Assembly (NCBI GenBank): GCA_963713975.1
Contig: OY970218.1
Coordinates: forward strand, 2,688,001-2,752,000
Reading direction: 5' to 3'
DNA from: an uncultured Chloroflexia bacterium
GTDB taxonomy: Bacteria > Chloroflexota > Limnocylindria > Limnocylindrales > CSP1-4
DNA: 64,000 bases
Below the pieces are notes generated by a model. It was not told the origin of the DNA. It searched no databases and saw only the letters and a list, made by a program, of their open reading frames with translations. Position 1 is the first letter of the stretch. Each line of letters starts with the position of its first letter. The translations under genes and the position numbers were made by a program. Shown here one piece after another: positions 36,363-45,656 of this stretch.

Positions 36363-39300
36363 CCACGCAACCACCCGGCGTCGCCCCGCTGCCGGTGCCG
36401 CCCATGCACGCCCACCGCCCCAAGCCGGCATCGGTGCTCATCCTGGGCAGCGGTCCCGTCGTCATCGGGCAGGCGGCCGAGTTCGACTACGCCGGGACGC
36501 AGGCCTGCCGCGCGCTTCGCGCCGAGGGTGTGCGGACGATCCTCGTCAACTCCAACCCGGCCACGATCATGACCGACCCCACGGTGGCCGATGCCGTCTA
36601 CCTCGAGCCGCTCACGGTGCCGGCGATCGAGGCCGTCATCGCGCGCGAGAAGCCAGAGGGGCTGCTGGCGGGCCTCGGCGGCCAGACCGCGCTCAACCTG
36701 GCGATGGCCCTGGCCGAGGCGGGGGTGCTGGACCGCCACGGCGTCCGTCTGCTGGGGACGCCCCTCGAGGCCATCCGGATGGCCGAGGACCGCGAGGCGT
36801 TCCGGGACCTGCTCGACCGGATCGAACAGCCCTACGCGCCGTCGTTCATCGTCGAGGGCGACGATGACGAGGCCCGCCTCGCCGCCGCGCGGGAGGCGCT
36901 CGAGACCATCGGCCTGCCGGCCATCATCCGGCCGGCGTTCACGCTGGGCGGGACCGGTGGCGGCATCGTCGAGACGGAGGAGGCGTACTGGGAGCGTGTC
37001 CGCGCCGGCCTGCGGGCGAGCCCCATCAAGCAGGTCATGATCGAGCGCTGTCTCGTGGGCTGGCAGGAGATCGAGTACGAGGTTATGCGCGACGCCGAGG
37101 ACACGTGCATCGCCGTGTGCTCCATGGAGAACGTGGACCCGCTGGGCGTCCACACGGGCGACTCGATCGTGGTGGCGCCCGTCCAGACGCTGACCGACCA
37201 GGTCCACCAGCGCCTCCGCAGCGCCTCGCTCGCCATCATCCGCGCACTGGGCGTGGAGGGCGGCTGCAACGTCCAGTTCGCGCTCTCGCCCGACTCCACC
37301 GAGTACGCGGTCATCGAGGTCAACCCGCGCGTCTCGCGCTCGTCGGCGCTGGCGTCCAAGGCCACGGGCTACCCGATCGCGCGCGTCGCGGCCCAGATCG
37401 CCACAGGCCGGACGCTGGCCGAGATCCCGAACGTGGTGACCGGCACGACCGTTGCCGCCTTCGAGCCGGCGCTGGACTACGTGGTGGTCAAGCTGCCGCG
37501 CTTCCCGTTCGACAAGTTCCCGACCGCGGACCGCCGCCTCGGGTCGCAGATGAAGGCGACCGGCGAGGTCATGGCCATCGACCGGACGTTCGGCGCGGCC
37601 CTCAACAAGGCGCTGCGGGGCCTGGAGCAGGCCGGCGCCGGCGGGCTGGGCGAGGACCCGTCGTGGCACCCGACCTTCGACTACCTGGCGGCCGTGTATG
37701 CCGGCGTCGACGCCGACGAGGGAGGGGAGGGGGGCCTCGACGGCCTGCCCCTCGAGGACACGGCCATCCGCTGGATCGACGAGCGCGGTGAGGCCTGCGA
37801 GAGCTCGCGGTTCGCCCAGCGCTCGGCGGCCCCGGTCGTCCTGCGGCAGTTCCTGGAGCCGTCCGACTCGCGGCTGTGGCGGATCCTCGGCCTGTTGCGG
37901 CGGGGCGTGCCGCAGGAGGTGGTCCGCAGGGCAACGGGAATCTCCGCCTGGTTCCTCGCCGAGATGGGCCGCAACGTCACGCTCGAGGCGGACGTCCGCG
38001 CCATGGGTCCGCGCCTCGTGGACCCTGAGGACGCCGAGGGCGCCGCGCTGCTGGCCACCGCCAAGCGGGCGGCCTTCGCGGACCGCGACCTGGCGGGCCT
38101 CGCCGGGATCCAGGAGGCGGCCGTCCGCGGCGCCAGGACTGCCCTGGCGCTCGTGCCCGGGTTCGCCATGGTGGACACCTGCGCCGCGGAGTTCGCGGCC
38201 GAGACCCCGTACTTCTACTCGACCTACGCGTCTGCTGGCTCGCCGCCCGAAGCACCGCCGGTTGCCCGGCCCGCGGCCCTGGTCATCGGGAGCGGTCCGG
38301 TCCGGATCGGGCAGGGGATCGAGTTCGACTACTGCGCCGTGCAGGCGGCCGACGTTCTGCGCCGCGAGGGCTGGAGCGCGGTCATGGTCAACTCCAACCC
38401 TGAGACCGTGTCCACGGACTTCGACGCCTCCACGCGCCTCTACTTCGAGCCGCTGGACGCGGAGAGCGTCCGCAGCATCATCGAGTTCGAGAGCGGCGCA
38501 ACCGGGACCCACCGGGCCGCCGCCGCCGACATGCTCCCGGCGGTCGTCGCGTTCGGGGGCCAGACGCCACTCAACCTTGCCGCTCCGCTGGTCGCCGCCG
38601 GCGTGCCCCTGCTGGGCTCGGACCTGGAGGCGATCGACCAGGCCGAGGAGCGCACCCGGTTCTCCGCCCTCCTGGACCGCCTCGGCATCCCGCAACCCGA
38701 GGGTGGCATGGCGGAGTCCATCGAGGAGGCGCTGACCCTGGCCGAGCGGATCGGCTACCCGGTCATCGTCCGGCCCTCGTTCGTCATCGGCGGGCTCGCC
38801 ATCGACTTTGCGTACTCGCCCGAGGATCTCGCGCGCCACCTTGCCGCGGCCTCCGTGGTGGATCCCGACCGGCCCGTCCGGATCGACCGCTTCCTCGAGG
38901 GGATCGAGGTGGACGTCGACGCGATCTCCGACGGGACGGACGTGCTGATCCCCGGCCTCCTGGAGCACGTCGAGCGGGCGGGCGTCCACTCCGGTGACTC
39001 GATCGGGGTCTACCCGCCGCAGCACGTTGCCGACGGCGACCAGGCCCTCATCGTGTCCACGATGGAGCGCATCTGCCTGGCGCTTGGTGCGAGGGGGCTC
39101 GTGAATGCCCAGTTCATCGTCCGCGACGACGGGGTCTACCTGATCGAGGTCAATCCCCGTGCCTCGCGGACCGTGCCATTCATGTCCAAGGTGACCGGCG
39201 TGCCGATGGTGGAGCTGGCCGTCCGGATCTCGCTCGGGAAGACCCTGCGCCAGCTCGGCTGGGAGGGCGGCCTCCGCCCGGAGCCGCCGTTCGTGGCCGT

Positions 39301-39919
39301 GAAGTCGCCCGCATTCTCGACGGCCAAGCTCAAGGGCGTGGACCCGTCGGTCGGGCCGTTCATGCAGTCGACCGGAGAGGTCATCGGGATCGCGGTGGAC
39401 CCGCGCGTGGCCATGGCCAAGGCACTGACGGGCGCCGCGCTGATCCCGCCCCGGGCCGGGGAGGGCGAGCCGCCGCTGGTGCTGCTCTCGATCGCAGACC
39501 GTGACAAGTGGGGCGTCCCGGACCTGGGCCGGGCGCTGGTCCGGGCCGGCTACCGGCTTGCGGCAACGGGGGGCACGCGGGCAGCGCTCGAGGCCGTCGG
39601 CATCGACGCCATCGCACCCGTCGCCAAGTTGGGCGAGGAGCCGGTGGATGGCGAGGCCGGCATCCTCGAGCTCATCGCGTCGGGCGACGTGCGGCTGGTC
39701 GTCAACACGCCGACGCCCCGGTCGGGTGCCGTTCGGGATGCGGCCGACATCCGGCACGCGACGATCGCCGAGGGGATCCTGTGCTTCACGTCGATCGAGA
39801 CCGGGATCGCCGCGGCCGAGGCGCTGGACCCGTCGATCGCCGATGCCATCGCGATCGTGCGGCCGATCACGGACTGGGTTCCGGCGATGGCGCCCGACAC
39901 GGCGGCCGGCCGGCCCTAG
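36359..39919 (+). CDS. carB: carbamoyl-phosphate synthase large subunit
   Basis: GSGP..IGQ..EFDY twice, NSNPATIMTD, GVHTGDS, EVNPR.SR twice, C-terminal MGS domain. Confidence 0.97.
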   Translation: MTTQPPGVAPLPVPPMHAHRPKPASVLILGSGPVVIGQAAEFDYAGTQACRALRAEGVRTILVNSNPATIMTDPTVADAVYLEPLTVPAIEAVIAREKPEGLLAGLGGQTALNLAMALAEAGVLDRHGVRLLGTPLEAIRMAEDREAFRDLLDRIEQPYAPSFIVEGDDDEARLAAAREALETIGLPAIIRPAFTLGGTGGGIVETEEAYWERVRAGLRASPIKQVMIERCLVGWQEIEYEVMRDAEDTCIAVCSMENVDPLGVHTGDSIVVAPVQTLTDQVHQRLRSASLAIIRALGVEGGCNVQFALSPDSTEYAVIEVNPRVSRSSALASKATGYPIARVAAQIATGRTLAEIPNVVTGTTVAAFEPALDYVVVKLPRFPFDKFPTADRRLGSQMKATGEVMAIDRTFGAALNKALRGLEQAGAGGLGEDPSWHPTFDYLAAVYAGVDADEGGEGGLDGLPLEDTAIRWIDERGEACESSRFAQRSAAPVVLRQFLEPSDSRLWRILGLLRRGVPQEVVRRATGISAWFLAEMGRNVTLEADVRAMGPRLVDPEDAEGAALLATAKRAAFADRDLAGLAGIQEAAVRGARTALALVPGFAMVDTCAAEFAAETPYFYSTYASAGSPPEAPPVARPAALVIGSGPVRIGQGIEFDYCAVQAADVLRREGWSAVMVNSNPETVSTDFDASTRLYFEPLDAESVRSIIEFESGATGTHRAAAADMLPAVVAFGGQTPLNLAAPLVAAGVPLLGSDLEAIDQAEERTRFSALLDRLGIPQPEGGMAESIEEALTLAERIGYPVIVRPSFVIGGLAIDFAYSPEDLARHLAAASVVDPDRPVRIDRFLEGIEVDVDAISDGTDVLIPGLLEHVERAGVHSGDSIGVYPPQHVADGDQALIVSTMERICLALGARGLVNAQFIVRDDGVYLIEVNPRASRTVPFMSKVTGVPMVELAVRISLGKTLRQLGWEGGLRPEPPFVAVKSPAFSTAKLKGVDPSVGPFMQSTGEVIGIAVDPRVAMAKALTGAALIPPRAGEGEPPLVLLSIADRDKWGVPDLGRALVRAGYRLAATGGTRAALEAVGIDAIAPVAKLGEEPVDGEAGILELIASGDVRLVVNTPTPRSGAVRDAADIRHATIAEGILCFTSIETGIAAAEALDPSIADAIAIVRPITDWVPAMAPDTAAGRP

Positions 39920-41436
39920 CCGGGGTACGCCGACGCGGGCACGGAGCCCGCGGCCGGGACCTCCACCACGATCGCCTGGCCCAGCGACCAGAGCGTGAGC
40001 GTGGTCAGGGCCACCATCACGATCGCCAGGGGGATCTCCCGGGCACGCACGTTGCGCCTGGTGGGGACCGGGGCGTCCTTGATCTTGCGGTGCCGCATGT
40101 CCCGGGGCGGTTTGGCGTTCGCGGCCGCCTCCGCGTCCCGCTGGGCGGTCACGTGGCCGGCCCACGCCCCGAGCATGTGGCCACCGACGACCGCGGCGAG
40201 CTGGGCGGTCCACACGAGGCCTGGTGGCAGCCATGACCCGGTCGGCGTGAAGAACGCCGTGCCGAACACGTCCCACCCCTGCTGGAGCGGGTCCGAGACC
40301 GCGATCACGATCCGCTGGCCGTCGATGAGCAGGTACGTCAGGTAGTGGGCGATGAGGTAGCCCATCGCGATCGGCAGCAGTCCGGCGCCGATCGCGCCCC
40401 AGCTCACCGAACGGCCGACCCAGAGCGCCGCCGCCGAGACCACGGCGAGCCATCCGAGCAGGAGGAACGTCTTCGCCACGAGCTGCGGAGCCCCGAACAC
40501 GGAGGCGAACGGGACGGTCTGCGACATGCCGTCGAAGATGATCGACGCAACGCCGATCGCGACCAGAACGACGAGGGGAGGGTTCCACGTCGCACCCAGG
40601 AGCGACGTCGCGAACGGGTGGCGGGCCACGACCGTCACGTCGACGGCGTCGGGATCGGTCGGGTCCGGCCGCTTCGGCGTCGCGGTCCCGGAGGCCGTCA
40701 CGACGCCCATCGGTGCCAGCCGGTTGAGCGTCCGGAACCAGACGGTGAACGTCTCGCCCTGGGCGCGCCACTGGTTCCGGCCGAACTGCGCCATCAGCAC
40801 GAGGGAGAGCAGCGTGTAGCCGGCGAGCACCACCGCAAGCGTCTGGCTGCCGACGACCGCCACGAGCTCCAGCCAGACGAAGAACGCGAGGCCCAGCACG
40901 GCCGGCCAGAGCCTGAGTGCAGGCGGGATCTCGGACACGGACCAGCCCCGGACGCCGACGACGCGCAGGATCCGGGCGAGGATGTCATGCAGCGTGGCGA
41001 ATGGATCGACCCACTCCCACACGGGCGCGACCAGTGCCGACAGGAGTGCGAGGCCGACCCACCCGTAGACCCACAGGAACAATGGGGCGACGGCGGCGTC
41101 GGAGGATCCTCCCGCGATGCCCTGCGCCATGATCCACGCCCATCCCAGGAGCCCGGTGGCGCGGAGCAGGTACCGGACGACCATGGGCACCGGGATGATG
41201 CGGTCGGGTGGCACATCGGGCGCCCGCATGTCCCTCGCGAGCACGAACAGGAACGACAGGGCCACGGTCACGGCGGCGCCGGCAAGGTACGCGGCGAGCG
41301 GCAGTGAGCTCTCGTAGCTGGGGGAGAGGCCGTGCGCCGCGGCGACCGCGGGGAGGGCGAGCACGATCGTGACACCGAGCGCGACACCCGCGGGGTGAGC
41401 GAGGCGCGCGCGCATGGGTCGCGGTTCAGGGCTCAC
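39916..41436 (-). CDS. multi-pass membrane protein with signal peptide and mature N-terminal His (FedB-like uncharacterised family)
   Basis: AAA-HG signal; LPL..Y..GA....ALSF, W...DPF.T, PIAMGYLIAHY, SDP...GW..FG and GH...A..H motifs. Confidence 0.75.
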   Translation of the reverse strand: MSPEPRPMRARLAHPAGVALGVTIVLALPAVAAAHGLSPSYESSLPLAAYLAGAAVTVALSFLFVLARDMRAPDVPPDRIIPVPMVVRYLLRATGLLGWAWIMAQGIAGGSSDAAVAPLFLWVYGWVGLALLSALVAPVWEWVDPFATLHDILARILRVVGVRGWSVSEIPPALRLWPAVLGLAFFVWLELVAVVGSQTLAVVLAGYTLLSLVLMAQFGRNQWRAQGETFTVWFRTLNRLAPMGVVTASGTATPKRPDPTDPDAVDVTVVARHPFATSLLGATWNPPLVVLVAIGVASIIFDGMSQTVPFASVFGAPQLVAKTFLLLGWLAVVSAAALWVGRSVSWGAIGAGLLPIAMGYLIAHYLTYLLIDGQRIVIAVSDPLQQGWDVFGTAFFTPTGSWLPPGLVWTAQLAAVVGGHMLGAWAGHVTAQRDAEAAANAKPPRDMRHRKIKDAPVPTRRNVRAREIPLAIVMVALTTLTLWSLGQAIVVEVPAAGSVPASAYPG

Positions 41437-41440
41437 GCGA

Positions 41441-42121
41441 TCAGGCAGTCCGGCTGCGACGGAGGACGAGGACGCCCACGAGGGCCACGAGGGCCAGCGC
41501 TACAGCGATCGGGAGGATCACATCGCTGCCGGACGCGCTCGTCGAGGTTGTGTCGGTGCCGGAGCCAGGGCCCGGCGATGGGACGGCAGACGGCGGCGTG
41601 GTCGGCGCAGGCGTGGCCGTGGCCGTCACGGATGGTGACGCACTCTGGACGGTGGCTGGTGGCGGCGTCGGCGTGGCAGGCGCAGGCGATGGCTCGCTGA
41701 CCGTGAACGCGAGTGTGCCGCGCTCCACGTGGCCATCCTCCGCGACCGCGGCCCACTCGATGGTGAACACCCCTGGGCCCAGCACGAGCCCCGTGGCAGC
41801 CATGACCCTGGAGCCGTCCTTCGATGCCCTGCCCGTTCCCGCGGTCCCATCGGGTCCGAGGATCTTGAACGAGCTCTTGGCCGCATCCAGTCCCTCGGAG
41901 AACCTCAGGGTGATCGTCTCGGGCGGCGCGGAGAGGATCGAGTCTGCCGCCGGATCCGACCTCACGAGGTCGGCGTGGCCGAGGGCGGGAAGCGCGACCA
42001 GCATCGCCAGCATGAGCCCGGCTACGATCGGCAGGATGATCCTGGCAGAGACGCTGCGGGGGCGGATGCCCAGGGCGGCACGGCGTCCCCCAGGTCCACG
42101 GTTGTGCTCGGAGGTGGTCAC
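41441..42121 (-). CDS. copC: CopC-domain copper-binding protein with Pro/Thr linker and C-terminal anchor
   Basis: Signal, then HADLVRSDP, LRFSE, W..VAEDGH...G...F; start approximate (GTG 8 nt after TAGACT). Confidence 0.85.
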   Translation of the reverse strand: MTTSEHNRGPGGRRAALGIRPRSVSARIILPIVAGLMLAMLVALPALGHADLVRSDPAADSILSAPPETITLRFSEGLDAAKSSFKILGPDGTAGTGRASKDGSRVMAATGLVLGPGVFTIEWAAVAEDGHVERGTLAFTVSEPSPAPATPTPPPATVQSASPSVTATATPAPTTPPSAVPSPGPGSGTDTTSTSASGSDVILPIAVALALVALVGVLVLRRSRTA

Positions 42122-42188
42122 GGGTCGGGAGTCTACCCGTGGACCGCGGAGTTCGCCGGTCGTGCCCCTTCGCTCCAGGAACCCGACT

Positions 42189-42215
42189 GCCATCCGAACG
42201 CGCGATCCGCGCGAA
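42189..42215 (+). promoter_or_regulatory. putative SigK-type ECF promoter
   Basis: GCCATCC-N15-GCGAA; same spacing as the motif upstream of the SigK-like gene. Confidence 0.5.
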
Positions 42216-42256
42216 GATTGGGTGAACACGGCCATCCGTGCCGTCCTGGAGGTTGC

Positions 42257-42694
42257 ATGCCCGGCCCGTCGCAATCGGCGCCCCCGACCGTCACACCGAT
42301 CACGCTGGTGGACGGTGACGCCTATGTCCCGGGCGCCTGCAACATCGGCCCCTGGGAGATCCGGCGCCGGCGCGCGTTCGCGATCACGGGGTTCGCGGTC
42401 GCCCTGGTCATGTTCGCCGTCCTCGTGGTCGCCGGCGCGCCGGCCTGGGCACGCCTGCTGCTGCTCCTGCCACTGTGGGGCGGGGCATTCTCCTGGCTCC
42501 AGGCACGGCGGCGGTTCTGCGCCGCGTTCGCGATGGCCGGTATCTCGAACTTCGGGGATGGCGACGGTTCGCGGCGCTCCGTGCAGGATGCGGAGGCACA
42601 TCGCCTGGACATGCTCGCCACGATGCGCCTGACTCGCGACTCGTTCCTGATCGCGATCGTGCCGACCGTCATCGCGGTGCTCCTCCCGATCTAG
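42257..42694 (+). CDS. small 3-TM membrane protein with two Cys (CNIG..E..RR, R.FC)
   Basis: GGAGG RBS, 145 aa, three hydrophobic segments. Confidence 0.75.
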   Translation: MPGPSQSAPPTVTPITLVDGDAYVPGACNIGPWEIRRRRAFAITGFAVALVMFAVLVVAGAPAWARLLLLLPLWGGAFSWLQARRRFCAAFAMAGISNFGDGDGSRRSVQDAEAHRLDMLATMRLTRDSFLIAIVPTVIAVLLPI

Positions 42695-42729
42695 GGAGAG
42701 GCCGGGTCGCCGATCGGGCCGGTTGGGGA

Positions 42730-42927
42730 TCAGGCGTGGTGGCCGGCCACCGTGGTGCCGATCGAGATCAGGCGGCGCCCGAGCGTGTGGCGCGTGCGGG
42801 TCACGAGACCGGGCTCATTCGCGCTGGCGCGGCGTGGCGCACGTACCTCGGTGGCGACCGAGTGGAGCTCTGCGATCCGATCGTGGGCAAGATGGTCAAC
42901 GCCGGAGAGGTGAAGCGGCTCGTACAT
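42730..42927 (-). CDS. small hypothetical protein (65 aa)
   Basis: GGGAG RBS 8 nt before the ATG; MYEPLHLSGVDHLAHDRIAEL...LGRRLISIG. Confidence 0.6.
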   Translation of the reverse strand: MYEPLHLSGVDHLAHDRIAELHSVATEVRAPRRASANEPGLVTRTRHTLGRRLISIGTTVAGHHA

Positions 42928-43000
42928 CGATCTGACTCCCTGGCTGCGGGTGGTTGGGACGCTGGTTGGGTCGTACGTGGTTGGCATCGATCTCACTGTT

Positions 43001-43018
43001 GTTAGTCCTTCATCTAAC
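43001..43018. promoter_or_regulatory. operator copy A, GTTAG-N8-CTAAC
   Basis: Palindrome upstream of the small gene; matches the copy at 44162-44179. Confidence 0.65.
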
Positions 43019-43063
43019 TCGAGTGCCGCGAGGGACGCGGGCCTGAGCTCTGGGGTGTTGGGG

Positions 43064-44137
43064 CTAGGCGAGGTAGCGCTTGAGCTCGGACGACGCGTCG
43101 TCCAGCCGGTCGCGCCGGAGGCTGTAGTAGGACAGCCCGCCTTCCTCGGTCAGCGTCACCAGGCCGGCGGCCCGGAGATGCGCGAGGTGGTGCTTGATCG
43201 TCGGCTTGGACAGCTCCATGCGCTCGGCGATCTCGGTCAGGTAGCAGTCCCGGTCCCGCAGCAGGCGCAGGATCCGGAGCCGGCTCTCGTCGCCCAGGGC
43301 TCGATGCAGGCGCAGGAGGTCCTGGGGCGGGGCGAGGGGATCATGGGGCTCGAGGGCCGCGTCGGCGACCGGGTAGACGAAGATCCGCCAGTCGCCACTG
43401 GTGAAGGTGAAGTTGTAGGGCCGAGCGAGGTAGGACGGGGCGAGGATCAGGCGGCGGATGCCCGGCTCCGAAAGCCAGCGGACGCCGTTGGTCGTGCGCT
43501 CGATCAGCTCTGTCGGACCGAGGGTTGCGCGGTCCGTGGCACGGAGCTCGACGTCCTGCTCGATGATCTGGCGTACCCGCGGCTCGATCTCCTGGTAGTG
43601 CGGCAGCCAGGCCTCCATCCGGTCCGCGATCGCCCCGACGAACGCCTCGCCGTCATCGAACAGGCGGCCGAGCCACGGATGCTTGGGCTCCGGCCAGCAG
43701 GCGAGGATCCGCTCCCTGGCGCCCTGATCGCCTTCGAGCGCGGCGGCGACATCCGGGCGGAGGTTGGCGTCGTGCAGCGCGTCGGACAGGACGACATCGG
43801 CGAAGGCGGCACCGGTCGTGGAGCGCAGCAGCGACACGTAGGCGGCGGCGTCGGTCACGTCGGGACGATCCACCAGGAGCCCGGCGCCAAAGATGCACAG
43901 GTCGTCGTCGACCACGGAGCCCTGCGTCGTGGGCAGGCTCGCACGGGCGCGGGCGAGCCACGCCCGATCCTCCGCCGGGAGCTCATCCTGCTCTCCGACC
44001 TCGGTCGCGAGGCTGAGCGCGAAGTCATAGGCGGTCCGGACGTCGAAGGTCGACGGCTGCGAGACACCCGAGCCCACGCTGCGCACGGGCGAGCGGGTGG
44101 GGGCGACGCGGGCAGCGGAGCGGGTGGGTGTCGGCAT
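43064..44137 (-). CDS. ArsR-family regulator with large N-terminal domain and C-terminal HTH
   Basis: RALGDESRLRIL...TIKHHLAHLRAAGLV...YYSL; L.L.PS.F-like region; start 44137 or 44152. Confidence 0.88.
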   Translation of the reverse strand: MPTPTRSAARVAPTRSPVRSVGSGVSQPSTFDVRTAYDFALSLATEVGEQDELPAEDRAWLARARASLPTTQGSVVDDDLCIFGAGLLVDRPDVTDAAAYVSLLRSTTGAAFADVVLSDALHDANLRPDVAAALEGDQGARERILACWPEPKHPWLGRLFDDGEAFVGAIADRMEAWLPHYQEIEPRVRQIIEQDVELRATDRATLGPTELIERTTNGVRWLSEPGIRRLILAPSYLARPYNFTFTSGDWRIFVYPVADAALEPHDPLAPPQDLLRLHRALGDESRLRILRLLRDRDCYLTEIAERMELSKPTIKHHLAHLRAAGLVTLTEEGGLSYYSLRRDRLDDASSELKRYLA

Positions 44138-44159
44138 GATCTTCCTGTTCATCGAACTG

Positions 44160-44197
44160 ATGTTAGATGAGTATCTAACATTGGATCGGATTGTCAA
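44160..44197 (-). promoter_or_regulatory. sigmaA-type promoter overlapped by operator copy B
   Basis: TTGACA on the minus strand (44192-44197); perfect ATGTTAGAT-N4-ATCTAACAT palindrome at 44160-44181 covering the -10 region. Confidence 0.75.
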
Positions 44198-44296
44198 GTG
44201 GCAATCGACGCCGTGCCCGACATCCGTCCGGCACGCGTCGTCCTTCTCGTTCGCAACCGCTCGACGGCGGCGGCGTGCGGGAGCGACAATCCGGCG

Positions 44297-45556
44297 ATGA
44301 CAGACACGGTGACGAGCTCGGCGGGCATGGCGGTGCAGCCGGACGACATGGCAACGGCGCCGGCCGCGCGATCGACGACCATCGCCGAGATGGAGGCGCA
44401 CACCGCGCACAACTACCATCCGCTGCCCGTCGTTCTCACGCGGGGCGAGGGCGCCTGGGTCGAGGACACCGATGGCCGTCGCTACCTGGACATGCTGGCC
44501 GGGTACAGCGCGCTCAACTTCGGCCATCGCCATCCGCGGCTCATCGAGGCGGCCGAACGGCAGCTGGGGCGCCTGACGCTCACCAGCCGGGCGTTCCACA
44601 ACGACCTCCTGGGCACCTTCACCCGCGAGCTCGCGGCACTATGCGGCATGGACACGGTGCTGCCCATGAACACCGGGGCGGAGGCCGTCGAGACCGCGCT
44701 CAAGATGGCGCGCAAGTGGGGCTACGAGCGGAAGGGCGTGCCCGAGGGTCGCGCGAAGATCGTCACCTTCGACGGCAACTTCCACGGCCGGACGATCACC
44801 ATCGTCAGCTTCTCGAGCGATCCGGCGGCGAGGGCGGGCTTCGGCCCCCAGACACCCGGCTTCGTGACCGTGCCCTACGGGGACGCGGACGCCCTGGCGG
44901 GGGCGATCGACGACGACACCGTCGCCGTCCTGCTCGAGCCGATCCAGGGCGAGGCGGGCGTGCTCATCCCGCCCGACGGCTACCTGGCTGAGGTCCGCAG
45001 GCTGTGCACCGAGGCCAACGTCCTGATGCTGGCCGACGAGATCCAGTCGGGCCTCGGCCGCGCCGGCGCGACGTTCGCGTGCGATCACGAAGGGGTCCGA
45101 CCGGACGCCTACATCCTGGGCAAGGCCCTCGGCGGCGGGATCCTGCCGGTGTCGGCGGTGGTCTCGAGCGCGGAGATCATGGCCGTGTTCCACCCGGGCG
45201 AGCACGGGAGCACCTTCGGTGGCAACCCGCTTGCCTGTGCCGTTGGGATCGAGGTGGTCCGGATGCTGGCGACGGGCGAGCCCCAGGAGCGGGCCCGGGA
45301 CCTGGGTGCCCATCTCCGGCGCCGCCTCGACGAGCTGCCCCGGGACCGCGTGTCCGCCGTCCGGACGCGCGGCCTGTGGGCAGGGATCGACGTTGTCGGA
45401 CGAACCGGGCGCGACGTGTGCGAGGGGCTGATGCGTCGCGGGGTGCTGGCCAAGGACACGCACGGTTCCACGATCCGGTTCGCGCCGCCCATCGTCATCG
45501 AGCGCGAGGAGCTCGACTGGGCGGTCGACCAGCTGCGCGAGGAGCTGCAGGCCTAG
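44297..45556 (+). CDS. rocD: ornithine--oxo-acid transaminase
   Basis: AHNYHPLPVV, YSALNFGH, LTLTSRAF, PMNTGAEAVE, EPIQGEAG, DEIQSG and HGSTFGGNP motifs. Confidence 0.93.
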   Translation: MTDTVTSSAGMAVQPDDMATAPAARSTTIAEMEAHTAHNYHPLPVVLTRGEGAWVEDTDGRRYLDMLAGYSALNFGHRHPRLIEAAERQLGRLTLTSRAFHNDLLGTFTRELAALCGMDTVLPMNTGAEAVETALKMARKWGYERKGVPEGRAKIVTFDGNFHGRTITIVSFSSDPAARAGFGPQTPGFVTVPYGDADALAGAIDDDTVAVLLEPIQGEAGVLIPPDGYLAEVRRLCTEANVLMLADEIQSGLGRAGATFACDHEGVRPDAYILGKALGGGILPVSAVVSSAEIMAVFHPGEHGSTFGGNPLACAVGIEVVRMLATGEPQERARDLGAHLRRRLDELPRDRVSAVRTRGLWAGIDVVGRTGRDVCEGLMRRGVLAKDTHGSTIRFAPPIVIEREELDWAVDQLREELQA

Positions 45557-45656
45557 GTCTGGGTCCCGCAACCGGTCCGGACGCGTCCGGCCACCCTGCC
45601 CGCGGTCCCACCCTACAATCGCCCCAACCCACCCTCCGCCTGAGGATCCCTTGCGC

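Noticed and set aside
35447-40771. 1774-aa minus-strand ORF and the many other long overlapping ORFs
   Set aside because: Antisense or off-frame shadows of real genes, expected at high GC; Arg/Pro/Gly-rich with no motifs
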